Both the position numbers and the translations under genes were made by a program. The notes beneath the pieces are model-generated. The model did no database searches, was not told where the DNA came from, and saw only the letters and a program-made list of their open reading frames with translations. Below are positions 8,596-16,185 of a stretch of 40,124 bases of DNA, one piece after another. The DNA lies in IMG/VR virus record IMGVR_UViG_3300024262_000007, positions 1 to 40,124 of that record, one strand, 5' to 3'. How positions within the stretch are numbered: position 1 is the stretch's first letter; every line of letters begins with the position of its first letter. This stretch comes from a virus (lineage: Duplodnaviria; Caudoviricetes).

Positions 8596-8613
8596 AAAGT
8601 AATCTAATACTGG
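8596..8613. repeat. Palindromic site AAAGTA-ATCTAA-TACTGG (degenerate)
   Basis: 10/12 arms; directly after stop, before tRNA. Confidence 0.65.
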
Positions 8614-8622
8614 TAGCGGTGT

Positions 8623-8697
8623 CGCGGGGTAGAGCAGTGGCAGCTCACCGGCCCCATAAGCCGGAGGTCGAGGGTTCGAATCCCTCCCCCGCTACCA
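8623..8697 (+). tRNA. tRNA-Met(CAT), initiator-like but atypical
   Basis: Cloverleaf: CGCGGGG/CCCCGCT acceptor, GAGC/GCTC D stem, CCGGC/GCCGG anticodon stem with CAT, GAGGG-TTCGAAT-CCCTC T arm, encoded CCA. Confidence 0.9.
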
Positions 8698-8706
8698 AGG
8701 AGCAAT

Positions 8707-9138
8707 ATGAAAGCGCTTAGTGGTTATGCAGAATGGTTTTGGCTCATGGCCAAGAACTGGAAGGATGTCGAGAATCGGAACTGGTCGCTTACCAGGTACA
8801 TTAAGCGGGATGAGCTCCCGGTCCGTGTTTACCTGCATGCCAGCAAGAAGCCGGCCAGCAAGGAAGATATTACTTTCATCCGGTCAAGACTAACGCCGGC
8901 GCAACGGCAGGAGTTTGATATGGTGGACTGGGGGAGATATCGGGGTGCTATCATCGGTCAGATAACCATCGCTGATGAGGTAACCATGGACGACTGGGGT
9001 ATGCCGGCTACTCATTCGCCCTGGTTCTTTGGGACATATGGCTTTGTAGTCAAGGATGGTGAGCTATACGACAGGCCATTCCCCTGTAAGGGGCAATTGG
9101 GCTTCTTCCCTTTGGAACTGGAGGGGATACCTCGCTAG
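8707..9138 (+). CDS. ASCH domain protein
   Basis: KDVENRNW, LHASK, GAIIG, PWFFG, CKGQLGFF. Confidence 0.85.
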   Translation: MKALSGYAEWFWLMAKNWKDVENRNWSLTRYIKRDELPVRVYLHASKKPASKEDITFIRSRLTPAQRQEFDMVDWGRYRGAIIGQITIADEVTMDDWGMPATHSPWFFGTYGFVVKDGELYDRPFPCKGQLGFFPLELEGIPR

Positions 9139-9177
9139 AACCTTACCAGCGGCCCCAGGATGGCAAATGGAGAGGGT

Positions 9178-9357
9178 ATGAGTGGAACATCGAGTAAGAC
9201 GACCTTAATAACGCTACGGCTACCTAATGAAGTGGTGTATACACTAAGGCGTAGGATTGACGGTAGGCGTACCCACTGGTCAAGTGTTGGGGAATACCTG
9301 CAAGAACGGATAATCTATGACACGCAGCGTAGTCATAATCTGAGGCGAAGTAAATAG
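9178..9357 (+). CDS. Ribbon-helix-helix-like DNA-binding protein
   Basis: TTLITLRLPNEV...SVGEYLQERI. Confidence 0.55.
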   Translation: MSGTSSKTTLITLRLPNEVVYTLRRRIDGRRTHWSSVGEYLQERIIYDTQRSHNLRRSK

Positions 9358-9371
9358 TATGAGTGTACTGT
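9354..9371. repeat. Palindromic site ATAGTA-TGAGTG-TACTGT
   Basis: 11/12 arms; contains TAG stop, followed by GGAGG. Confidence 0.85.
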
Positions 9372-9383
9372 GGAGGTAAAGAG

Positions 9384-9581
9384 TTGATCAGATGCCCGGT
9401 ATGTAAACAGCCTACGGGAACTTACAATGCACCTGGTGAAGAGCCGGGCACCATGGTGATTAAGGATTACCCGCTGTATCAGAAGAGTTATCCTGGACAG
9501 CCGGAATATCTGCCTCCTCGGTGCCTTGAGTGCTATGAGAAGGTTGAGGCCCGAAGAGCCAGGAAAGAACAAACAGTATAA
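9384..9581 (+). CDS. Small zinc-finger protein
   Basis: CPVC...CLEC; TTG start after GGAGGT. Confidence 0.6.
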   Translation: MIRCPVCKQPTGTYNAPGEEPGTMVIKDYPLYQKSYPGQPEYLPPRCLECYEKVEARRARKEQTV

Positions 9582-9590
9582 GCATACTGT
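9573..9590. repeat. Palindromic site ACAGTA-TAAGCA-TACTGT
   Basis: 12/12 arms; TAA stop in spacer. Confidence 0.9.
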
Positions 9591-9604
9591 CGTAAGGAGG
9601 GACT

Positions 9605-9865
9605 ATGCCAAAAACAGAGGTGAAAAATATATGGGAGAGACCGGACGTGTTAGATAGTTTCGAAACCAAGAGAGAGAAACGGAGAGCATTAAACCCCCGG
9701 CTGACCTTTGACTGCTTCAATGCGCATGCTCGAGGAGATAGAGTTGTCTGCGTCAAGGGTTATCACTTGGGTTGTAGCAATGATGGCTCTTTGTATCTAG
9801 CTAGCGTTCTCGAGGGAATCGCATCGGCTAAGTGCAAAAGCTGCCCCGATTTTAATGGTGATTGA
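9605..9865 (+). CDS. Cys-rich hypothetical protein
   Basis: AAGGAGG SD; DCFN..C..CKSCPDF. Confidence 0.65.
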   Translation: MPKTEVKNIWERPDVLDSFETKREKRRALNPRLTFDCFNAHARGDRVVCVKGYHLGCSNDGSLYLASVLEGIASAKCKSCPDFNGD

Positions 9866-9882
9866 CAGTATTCCTATACTAT
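9865..9882. repeat. Palindromic site ACAGTA-TTCCTA-TACTAT
   Basis: 11/12 arms; overlaps TGA stop. Confidence 0.85.
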
Positions 9883-9892
9883 GGAGGAAGGT

Positions 9893-10036
9893 ATGGCAGT
9901 AGAATTAGAAAACCATAAGGGTGAATGGTGTGTAATAAAGCGCGGTATATTTTGCCAAGAAGGTTACTGTTCCGAATGCCAGATTTACAAGGACAATTTA
10001 AAAATGACCAAAGAAGAAGCGGGGGATCATGAGTAG
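9893..10036 (+). CDS. Small Cys-rich protein (47 aa)
   Basis: WC...FCQEGYCSECQIY; GGAGG SD. Confidence 0.6.
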   Translation: MAVELENHKGEWCVIKRGIFCQEGYCSECQIYKDNLKMTKEEAGDHE

Positions 10037-10445
10037 TTTCACTACCCCGCTGGTGGTCTCGCCTTTACCTGATGGACGACGCTGGAGGTTATACCTTGCT
10101 TTCGTCTATCACGTCGGCGACCGGTGGAGCCGAGATGTTATCTGTGTGCCGAGAGGTTTTATCACTGATTTTGCTAGTATACCAAAGGTTATCTTCTGGC
10201 TACTTCCTTGGTGGGCAAAGTTTAGTAAACCCTCCCCTTTGCACGATTGGCTCTACACGGCACAGCAAATCCAGGGCAAGCCGATTACACGGAGAAAGGC
10301 TGATGATATATTTTACGAGGCCATGCTGATTGCGTTCCGTGACCATATATCAGGGAAGCTCGTAGCTTTTATTGAATATTGGGCGGTGCGGCTCTTCGGT
10401 TGGCCGGCATGGCACTTTAGAAAAGAAGTGAGAGATCAACAGTAG
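10029..10445 (+). CDS. DUF1353 family protein
   Basis: VPRGFITDFASIP...LHDWLY...RRKADDIFYEAM. Confidence 0.85.
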   Translation: MSSFTTPLVVSPLPDGRRWRLYLAFVYHVGDRWSRDVICVPRGFITDFASIPKVIFWLLPWWAKFSKPSPLHDWLYTAQQIQGKPITRRKADDIFYEAMLIAFRDHISGKLVAFIEYWAVRLFGWPAWHFRKEVRDQQ

Positions 10446-10456
10446 AGGGATACTGT
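10439..10456. repeat. Palindromic site ACAGTA-GAGGGA-TACTGT
   Basis: 12/12 arms; contains TAG stop. Confidence 0.9.
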
Positions 10457-10471
10457 AGAAAGGAGGACAGG

Positions 10472-10759
10472 TTGACTAGACTCAATGGGAAGCAAGACCT
10501 TTCCAAGACACAACTCTTGGAAAGAGCTAGTCGTCACCGACGGCGTAAACATTGGTTAGAGCAACCCCCTGGGACAGTTCCACGAGAATTCCGTCAATTC
10601 GGTCAGCCTATATTCCGACCAGTGCGTCGGCTAGCCGAGAAGGCAGTTCCTTTTGACACCATCGAAAAAGAGATGAGACTGAGACGGTCTATCTGGCAAA
10701 GGGCAAGAGATTTCTACAACCAGCGAATTAAGGGAAGGTTACAGAGAAGGCAACAGTAG
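10472..10759 (+). CDS. Arg-rich hypothetical protein
   Basis: AAGGAGG SD, TTG start; fills the inter-site unit. Confidence 0.6.
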   Translation: MTRLNGKQDLSKTQLLERASRHRRRKHWLEQPPGTVPREFRQFGQPIFRPVRRLAEKAVPFDTIEKEMRLRRSIWQRARDFYNQRIKGRLQRRQQ

Positions 10760-10770
10760 TGCAATACTGT
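10753..10770. repeat. Palindromic site ACAGTA-GTGCAA-TACTGT
   Basis: 12/12 arms; contains TAG stop. Confidence 0.9.
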
Positions 10771-10788
10771 CGCATGACGGGAGAGTAG

Positions 10789-11442
10789 ATGAGAGTACTA
10801 ATAGCTTGTGAATTTAGTGGAATAGTGAGAGAAGCATTTACCAAGCGGGGACATGATGCTTGGAGCTGCGACCTGCTACCAAGTGAAATCCCAGGTCAGC
10901 ACATTCAGGGTGATATTAGGCTTACTCTTTTAAAAACTTGGGACATAATGATTGCCCACCCACCCTGCACTCATCTCGCTGTGTCGGGAGCACGGCATTT
11001 TGCTGAAAAAAGAGCAGATGGCCGGCAACAAGCAGCAATCGACTTCTTTATGTCTCTGGCTAATGTTGAGATACCTCACATCTGTATCGAAAATCCGGTA
11101 GGCATTATGTCCACGCTCTGGAGAAAGCCAGACCAGATAATTCAGCCGTATGAGTTCGGGCACCCCGAGAGTAAAAAGACTTGTCTGTGGCTGAAAGGGT
11201 TGCCGAAATTAGTGCCGACTGACATTCTGGAGCCGGTGTATAAAAAGAATCCGGACGGTTCCGATTACAAAGACAGCGGCGGAAGTCGGTATTCAGAGAA
11301 ACATTATTATAGGCCAAAGGCATACTGGGAGAATCAAACGCCGAGTGGTCAGAATAAATTGCCGCCATCCGAAGATAGATGGAAATTACGCTCTCGTACG
11401 TATCGAGGAATAGCGAGTGCTATGGCAGAGCAGTGGGGCTAA
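10789..11442 (+). CDS. Phage DNA cytosine methyltransferase-like protein
   Basis: VLIACEFSG, SCD, HPPCT catalytic motif, IENPVG, KKTCLW. Confidence 0.8.
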   Translation: MRVLIACEFSGIVREAFTKRGHDAWSCDLLPSEIPGQHIQGDIRLTLLKTWDIMIAHPPCTHLAVSGARHFAEKRADGRQQAAIDFFMSLANVEIPHICIENPVGIMSTLWRKPDQIIQPYEFGHPESKKTCLWLKGLPKLVPTDILEPVYKKNPDGSDYKDSGGSRYSEKHYYRPKAYWENQTPSGQNKLPPSEDRWKLRSRTYRGIASAMAEQWG

Positions 11443-11450
11443 ATTAATGC

Positions 11451-11468
11451 ACAGTACAAGGGTACTAT
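11451..11468. repeat. Palindromic site ACAGTA-CAAGGG-TACTAT
   Basis: 11/12 arms; between stop and SD. Confidence 0.85.
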
Positions 11469-11483
11469 GAAAGGAGGAAAGCA

Positions 11484-11729
11484 ATGGTAATCGAAAAGCT
11501 AGAATTTGATTTGGCACGCATGCATCAGGTCATCCTATCAAGTGTCCTCTCGGAGGAAGATATACAAAGGTTGGGGGTAGATGGCGATATCCGGCTATTT
11601 CAGGAAGCTAGCGACTGGCTGAAGGCGCATCCCAATTACTGTCTGATTGATGTCGGGTTTCACCAGTCTGGTGATGTGTCACCCAGGGAAGAAGGCGCCC
11701 GCCTTATATTGTACGTTGAGCCAGTATAA
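11484..11729 (+). CDS. Hypothetical protein
   Basis: AAGGAGG SD, 81 aa. Confidence 0.65.
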   Translation: MVIEKLEFDLARMHQVILSSVLSEEDIQRLGVDGDIRLFQEASDWLKAHPNYCLIDVGFHQSGDVSPREEGARLILYVEPV

Positions 11730-11732
11730 GCC

Positions 11733-11918
11733 ATGAGTGAAGAGGTTAAAAGACCGGCATGGACTAAGTTGCCATGTAATTGTTGCGGCTCACTTGATTG
11801 GTGGTACCGCGAGCCGAGGATGATTTTCGGAGATACATATAGCCCAGGAGGATGGCTATGCGGCCGCTGCCACCCAAATCCAAATCCTGAGCCAAAAAAG
11901 GAGGAAAGCAATGGCTAA
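11733..11918 (+). CDS. Small zinc-ribbon protein
   Basis: CNCCG...WLCGRCHP. Confidence 0.65.
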   Translation: MSEEVKRPAWTKLPCNCCGSLDWWYREPRMIFGDTYSPGGWLCGRCHPNPNPEPKKEESNG

Positions 11919-12144
11919 CTATCCGCGAGTAGAGATGCAGAACATCGACAAGCTGAGCATTTCATTTAAAAAGGGGGTGGCGAGAATATCCTTTGAGGTT
12001 CTACCGAGCCATGATATGTTAAAGCTGGTATACCTCCAGGGAACCGCCAACTTGCTCAATGTTGTCATCGAGTCTCCCCAGGCCGAGATGGACTTGAAAA
12101 TCACGCCGATCAATATCAAGACAGGGGAGGTAATCGAGCAATGA
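11911..12144 (+). CDS. Hypothetical protein
   Basis: AAGGAGG SD, overlapping neighbours. Confidence 0.65.
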   Translation: MANYPRVEMQNIDKLSISFKKGVARISFEVLPSHDMLKLVYLQGTANLLNVVIESPQAEMDLKITPINIKTGEVIEQ

Positions 12145-13040
12145 ACCAGACTTCTATTGAATGGGTATTGAACCCGGACGGCTCGCCGGGCTTTACCTGG
12201 AATCCCATCACTGGCTGCCTGAATCATGTCAACGGGATGTGCAAGGGCGGTGGCTTCCCTTGCTACGCTTATAAGCTGGCCAACACCAGGCTAAGGGAAA
12301 GGTATCTGGCTGGTGGGGTTGTTGCTGATGAAGGGACTGACCATGAGAATTTGCTTAACCCCTTCTATCCCCGTTTCTGGCCGGAAAAGCTAGACCAGCC
12401 ACTTAAAAGAAAGAAACCTGCCGGCATCTTTACCTGTGACATGAGCGACCTCTTTGGTATTGGTGTTCCTGAACAATGGACTTGGAGCGTGTTGAACTTT
12501 ATCAAAGAGTGTCCTCAACACCGCTTCTATCTGCTCACTAAGCAACCCCAGAACTTGGCGAAGTTCTCGCCCTTCCCGGATAACTGCTGGGTAGGTGTTA
12601 CGGCCACAAATTATGAGATGTTCAACGATGCCGTATGGAACTTAATAAATATTGAAGCCAAAGTGGAATATCTTTCCCTTGAACCCTTATTAGCACCAAT
12701 CAATGCCGGCATATTAGACCAGTATCATAATTGGCCTGTTATGCATGGTAGTATTCTTCACAATATTATAGACTGGATCATCATCGGTGCCCAGACCAAA
12801 CCGGCAAAGAAGCCGGAATTGCAATGGGTGAAAGACATCATCAAGGCCGCCGATACGGCTGGCATACCGGTCTTCCTGAAAGATAGCCTCTATAAGCTGG
12901 CCATGGACCGGCCAGTCGAGGATCATGACCTGTACTGGGAAGACATGCCAACCTTAAGGCAGGAGCTACCGGTACGAGGCTATGGTGACCAGTTGGTATT
13001 CAACCCTGAAGCTAGAGTGACCAGTGGAGGTGGTTACTGA
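12141..13040 (+). CDS. DUF5131 (phage Gp37/Gp68) family protein
   Basis: TSIEW..TWNPITGC..CYA, DMSDLF, LLTK, SLEPLL, DWIIIG, IPVFLK. Confidence 0.88.
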   Translation: MNQTSIEWVLNPDGSPGFTWNPITGCLNHVNGMCKGGGFPCYAYKLANTRLRERYLAGGVVADEGTDHENLLNPFYPRFWPEKLDQPLKRKKPAGIFTCDMSDLFGIGVPEQWTWSVLNFIKECPQHRFYLLTKQPQNLAKFSPFPDNCWVGVTATNYEMFNDAVWNLINIEAKVEYLSLEPLLAPINAGILDQYHNWPVMHGSILHNIIDWIIIGAQTKPAKKPELQWVKDIIKAADTAGIPVFLKDSLYKLAMDRPVEDHDLYWEDMPTLRQELPVRGYGDQLVFNPEARVTSGGGY

Positions 13041-13621
13041 TGCCCAAATATCAGACAAATGCCCAAAGACAACATCGGTATGAAAAAATAGCGCGAGCTG
13101 AAGGCGAGCGGTGTATCATATGCTGGATAGAGAAAAAAGTCAGGCGTGGGCCACCTAATGTCAATCTCGAAATAGACCATGCTGATGGTGACCCAATGAA
13201 CTGGAATTGGGAAAATCTTCACCTTGTCTGCCACCGAGACAACTGCAGGTTGCGGGAAATGCCCGTTAAAGCCAGAACGACCATGCTTCAAGACTATAGT
13301 GACCAGGTAGAGAAAGAAAGAGAGAGAGAGAACCTACCAACCTGGAAAACCATCCTTAAGGATGAAATAACGTACGAGTATGGGCCTCCGGAGATGCAAG
13401 CCCATAAGGTCTTTCTAAAGAGGTGGTTATTTAGGGTGCACCAGATAATGAGAGAGGAAGGTTCCGAGAAGAAGAAAGACCTTATCACCAGAGCTGCTCA
13501 CTATGCCAAGTGCAGTAAGCAGACTTCTACCAATTACTTGGAAGTATATACGTCAATAGACAGCCCGTTCATGGAGAGTTCAGACAGCCAGGGAAATGTA
13601 ATCATAACATACCGGAAATAG
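13040..13621 (+). CDS. HNH-motif protein with helical C-terminal domain
   Basis: CIIC..LEIDHADGD..N...NL.LVCH..N. Confidence 0.7.
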   Translation: MPKYQTNAQRQHRYEKIARAEGERCIICWIEKKVRRGPPNVNLEIDHADGDPMNWNWENLHLVCHRDNCRLREMPVKARTTMLQDYSDQVEKERERENLPTWKTILKDEITYEYGPPEMQAHKVFLKRWLFRVHQIMREEGSEKKKDLITRAAHYAKCSKQTSTNYLEVYTSIDSPFMESSDSQGNVIITYRK

Positions 13622-13629
13622 AGTAACGC

Positions 13630-13658
13630 TTGACAAGAGACGCTATAAACGCTATAAT
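13630..13658 (+). promoter_or_regulatory. Sigma70 consensus promoter
   Basis: TTGACA-17-TATAAT with CGCTATAA direct repeat. Confidence 0.85.
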
Positions 13659-13666
13659 GGGGAATA

Positions 13667-13870
13667 ATGGCTATGGGGACTGTAAAGAAAGAAAAAGAGG
13701 CAATGACCACGATTCAAGTTAAGCGGTCAGTTGCAGCACAGTTACAGGGCCTGGGGAAATGGGGCGATACCTATAGCACGATTATTGAGCGTCTCTTGAA
13801 TGGAAGTAAAGGAGACGCTCATGAAGACAGGGGAGCTGCAAAAGATGAGCCTACTGGGAATAGCGATTAG
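13667..13870 (+). CDS. Small RHH-like regulator
   Basis: TTIQVKRSVAAQL...DTYSTIIERLL. Confidence 0.6.
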   Translation: MAMGTVKKEKEAMTTIQVKRSVAAQLQGLGKWGDTYSTIIERLLNGSKGDAHEDRGAAKDEPTGNSD

Positions 13871-14096
13871 GAAACAGGATAAGAAGGACCCGAGAAACAG
13901 CATCTATGTGGAATATCATCGGTGTGACCGGTGCGGAGCTGAGTACCGGGTGTATCTCCGCTCGCAGAAAGAGGTCGAGGAGGCGTACCAAGCGTTCGCC
14001 AAGATGTTTGGCAACAAGGCCGAAGAGGAAGACCTCTGCTACAATTGCCAGAGCCAGGTTGTTTTCGACCAGCCGATGATGCCCCTGGAGGTCTGA
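13821..14096 (+). CDS. Zinc-finger hypothetical protein
   Basis: CDRCG...LCYNC. Confidence 0.6.
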   Translation: MKTGELQKMSLLGIAIRKQDKKDPRNSIYVEYHRCDRCGAEYRVYLRSQKEVEEAYQAFAKMFGNKAEEEDLCYNCQSQVVFDQPMMPLEV

Positions 14097-14284
14097 TGAA
14101 GCGGGCGTCCGATGCCGCGGTAAGGGCAGTCTTTCGTCTAAGGATGCAGGAGATTAAAGACGATATCGCCGCCGGCAGGATCAAGTTCTCCAATTCCCCT
14201 CCGGAGTGGACGGAGCAGCTTCTTGAGATAACCGCCTTAAATTGCGTCCTGCTGCTCTTAGCCGAGCGAGCCAAGTGGAATTAG
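14096..14284 (+). CDS. Hypothetical protein
   Basis: GGAGG SD, TGATG coupling. Confidence 0.6.
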   Translation: MKRASDAAVRAVFRLRMQEIKDDIAAGRIKFSNSPPEWTEQLLEITALNCVLLLLAERAKWN

Positions 14285-14287
14285 CAC

Positions 14288-14329
14288 AAAAAGGGGCCCA
14301 GGGGATATCTCCCCCAGGCCCTCTCTTTT
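14288..14329. terminator. Bidirectional terminator where the two arrays converge
   Basis: A-run, GC-rich hairpin, T-run. Confidence 0.7.
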
Positions 14330-14331
14330 CG

Positions 14332-14349
14332 ACGGTAGTCTAGTACTGT
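14332..14349. repeat. Palindromic site ACGGTA-GTCTAG-TACTGT
   Basis: 11/12 arms; after last gene of leftward array. Confidence 0.85.
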
Positions 14350-14355
14350 TTTCGC

Positions 14356-14628
14356 TTATAGCTTACTACCACTCCTTTTACGCCGGCTATCTTTCATTTG
14401 GAGTCCAACATATCCGCCAGCAGCATACTCAGCTCGGGCTTCGACGAGGCGACACATAGCAATATTGTAGAACTCGGCAAACTTATTGTCTTTGGAGAAG
14501 ACTACGAACTTGCTGTCCGCTAGTATACCGTCGAACTCACAAGCTTTGCCCCACAGTTGGCGAGCCGTTGCTGCTAAGCTCGCAATATATTGCTGTCCCT
14601 GTCTGTTAAGAGCTTCCTGTTTAGTCAC
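14356..14628 (-). CDS. Hypothetical protein
   Basis: GTG start after GGAAGGAGG; fills the inter-site unit. Confidence 0.65.
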   Translation of the reverse strand: MTKQEALNRQGQQYIASLAATARQLWGKACEFDGILADSKFVVFSKDNKFAEFYNIAMCRLVEARAEYAAGGYVGLQMKDSRRKRSGSKL

Positions 14629-14644
14629 AAGATTCCCTCCTTCC

Positions 14645-14662
14645 ACAGTATCGGGATACCGT
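14645..14662. repeat. Palindromic site ACAGTA-TCGGGA-TACCGT
   Basis: 11/12 arms; between stop and SD on - strand. Confidence 0.88.
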
Positions 14663-14663
14663 C

Positions 14664-14966
14664 TTATGGACATTCAGCGCGGAGCTTGTCAGCTCGTTTC
14701 TGTAGCGCCTTCGGCACGAAGTAGACCATGATCGCCGTGAGCGGCGCCATGTACCAGTGGTGCCTTATCAACGAGCCGGCCAGCTCCCGGAAATACTGGG
14801 CATCAGAGGCCAGCCACTTGGCCGCAGTTCGTTGAGCTTCACAATCATTCCCGGTGTCAAGCCAGTCCAACACTGAAATATACTTAGACCGGGGAATGAA
14901 GCCGTTACCGAGAAAGTAATCGGCATCAGCCTTAACGACGTCGGCTATTAGTCCAGTCAATTTCAC
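14664..14966 (-). CDS. Hypothetical protein
   Basis: GTG start after AAGGAGGT; fills the inter-site unit. Confidence 0.65.
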   Translation of the reverse strand: MKLTGLIADVVKADADYFLGNGFIPRSKYISVLDWLDTGNDCEAQRTAAKWLASDAQYFRELAGSLIRHHWYMAPLTAIMVYFVPKALQKRADKLRAECP

Positions 14967-14984
14967 AATAATACCTCCTTTCTT

Positions 14985-15002
14985 ACAGTATAGAGATACT
15001 GT
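14985..15002. repeat. Palindromic site ACAGTA-TAGAGA-TACTGT
   Basis: 12/12 arms. Confidence 0.9.
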
Positions 15003-15006
15003 CTGT

Positions 15007-15249
15007 TTATAGTGAAGCTTTTCTGTCACGCCGGGAATACCGCATTAAATGCCGGTATGCCATCCACTCAATCTGCCTCACACGTTCCGGAGTAACATTC
15101 AGGTCTAGGCCAACTTCTCTTAAAGTGCGGCCTTTTAATCTCTCCCGAATCACATGTTTTCGCCTTGGTTCCAGCTTATCAATAAAGCGCTCAAAGCCTG
15201 GATAATTATTCTTTAATTCCTCTATATACATTGAGACACCTTTCGACAT
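15007..15249 (-). CDS. Sigma70 region-4-like HTH protein
   Basis: LEPRRKHVI..RTLREVG..LNVTPERVRQIE. Confidence 0.8.
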   Translation of the reverse strand: MSKGVSMYIEELKNNYPGFERFIDKLEPRRKHVIRERLKGRTLREVGLDLNVTPERVRQIEWMAYRHLMRYSRRDRKASL

Positions 15250-15264
15250 ATAACCACCTCCTTT

Positions 15265-15405
15265 CTAACAGTCTACTGTGTATTTGGGGTTTCTGCGTTT
15301 CCACTCGTCTAAAAGTTCGCGAAGGTCCGCAATATTCCCCCGACCTGTCAACCCTTTAGCAATTTCCGTAAAGATAGCAGTCTCAAGTTCCTTGTCGCTC
15401 ATCAT
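15265..15405 (-). CDS. Small hypothetical protein (46 aa)
   Basis: MMSDKELETAIFTEIAKG...; AAAGGGGG SD. Confidence 0.55.
   Translation of the reverse strand: MMSDKELETAIFTEIAKGLTGRGNIADLRELLDEWKRRNPKYTVDC
15268..15279. repeat. Collapsed palindromic site ACAGTCTACTGT (6 bp short)
   Basis: Both arms present at the expected position before the SD. Confidence 0.55.
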
Positions 15406-15416
15406 TCCCCCTTTCT

Positions 15417-15434
15417 ACAGTATCGTACTACTAT
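15417..15434. repeat. Palindromic site ACAGTA-TCGTAC-TACTAT
   Basis: 11/12 arms; contains - strand TAG stop. Confidence 0.85.
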
Positions 15435-15793
15435 TTTACTACTTCAGGAATAAGGAATTTCTCTCGTTCTTGGCGGTAGATAGTCATCTGGCCATCGGCG
15501 TCTATCGTCTTAGCAATAAAGCCTACCTCGTAGAATTTATTCATGTTGGCGATTTCGGCATTGAAGTGGTCGATATCTGGGCATTTGACTAGGTCGAGGT
15601 CGCCCTCGGCATAGGTCTGGACCTGCAGGAGCTTCTTGTTTATCCAGACTCCGAAGTACCAGGCGTCTTGGCTGGTATCATATTGTTCCCACCCTTGGGC
15701 ACTAAAGTCCTCGTCAAAGTCCCACCGGTACCGCTCCCCATTATTAATGAAGCTTCGAAAGACTTCATTACCACGTTTGTTAATTTCAGGCAC
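15431..15793 (-). CDS. Hypothetical phage protein
   Basis: GWEQYDTSQDAWYFGVW..TYAEGD; GTG start after AAGGAGGT. Confidence 0.7.
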   Translation of the reverse strand: MPEINKRGNEVFRSFINNGERYRWDFDEDFSAQGWEQYDTSQDAWYFGVWINKKLLQVQTYAEGDLDLVKCPDIDHFNAEIANMNKFYEVGFIAKTIDADGQMTIYRQEREKFLIPEVVK

Positions 15794-15811
15794 AATTACA
15801 CCTCCTTTCTG

Positions 15812-15829
15812 ACAGTATACAAATACTGT
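15812..15829. repeat. Palindromic site ACAGTA-TACAAA-TACTGT
   Basis: 12/12 arms. Confidence 0.9.
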
Positions 15830-15873
15830 CATTACTTTTGCTACGATTTAGATTGCTATAATCACCCCCTTTT

Positions 15874-16170
15874 TCACATGATAAGTTGAAGCTGTCGTTC
15901 TGTCTCCGGCCCGAAAACGTGCTCTATGGCTGAGGCGACATGTGCTGCCTTCTCGACGGCGGTACCGGCCGGGTAATAGGCCCCGCACGCCGGCACCTTG
16001 CATCCTGGAGGTCGCTTACGAGACCAATAATCCTTTTCGCAGAGCGGAATACAGGTCAGAGTATCTGTGGGACCGTACCAGGTACCGCCCTTATCGTAAT
16101 CGGCGAGAATTGTCGCAGGCAGGCCGCAGACATGGCACTTATCCCGGCCATATTTTGCCAGTAGAATCAT
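15874..16170 (-). CDS. Zinc-binding hypothetical protein
   Basis: CHVCG...LCEKD. Confidence 0.6.
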   Translation of the reverse strand: MILLAKYGRDKCHVCGLPATILADYDKGGTWYGPTDTLTCIPLCEKDYWSRKRPPGCKVPACGAYYPAGTAVEKAAHVASAIEHVFGPETERQLQLIM

Positions 16171-16185
16171 TGGCTGCCTCCCCTC

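Noticed and set aside
8623-8697. tRNA as the attP core of the recombinase
   Set aside because: It is a full-length gene 12 kb from the recombinase; nothing in the window supports it, though a host comparison is needed to exclude it.
5566-15829. Palindromes as conserved RNA hairpins
   Set aside because: Variants give A-C/C-A mismatches on the transcribed strand (5566, 7631, 9865, 11451, 14332) at least as often as G-U pairs, which fits dsDNA half-site recognition better.
5566-15829. CRISPR array or classical integron attC array
   Set aside because: Repeats are separated by whole genes, no cas genes are seen, there are no RYYYAAC/GTTRRRY attC ends, and no IntI-type insertion is evident in the recombinase.
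14629-15832. ORF-track N-terminal extensions such as LYCKKGGIIV and VYCQKGGVIV as a shared peptide motif
   Set aside because: They are translations of the palindrome arm plus SD (TACTGT.AGAAAGGAGGT); the true starts are the downstream GTGs.
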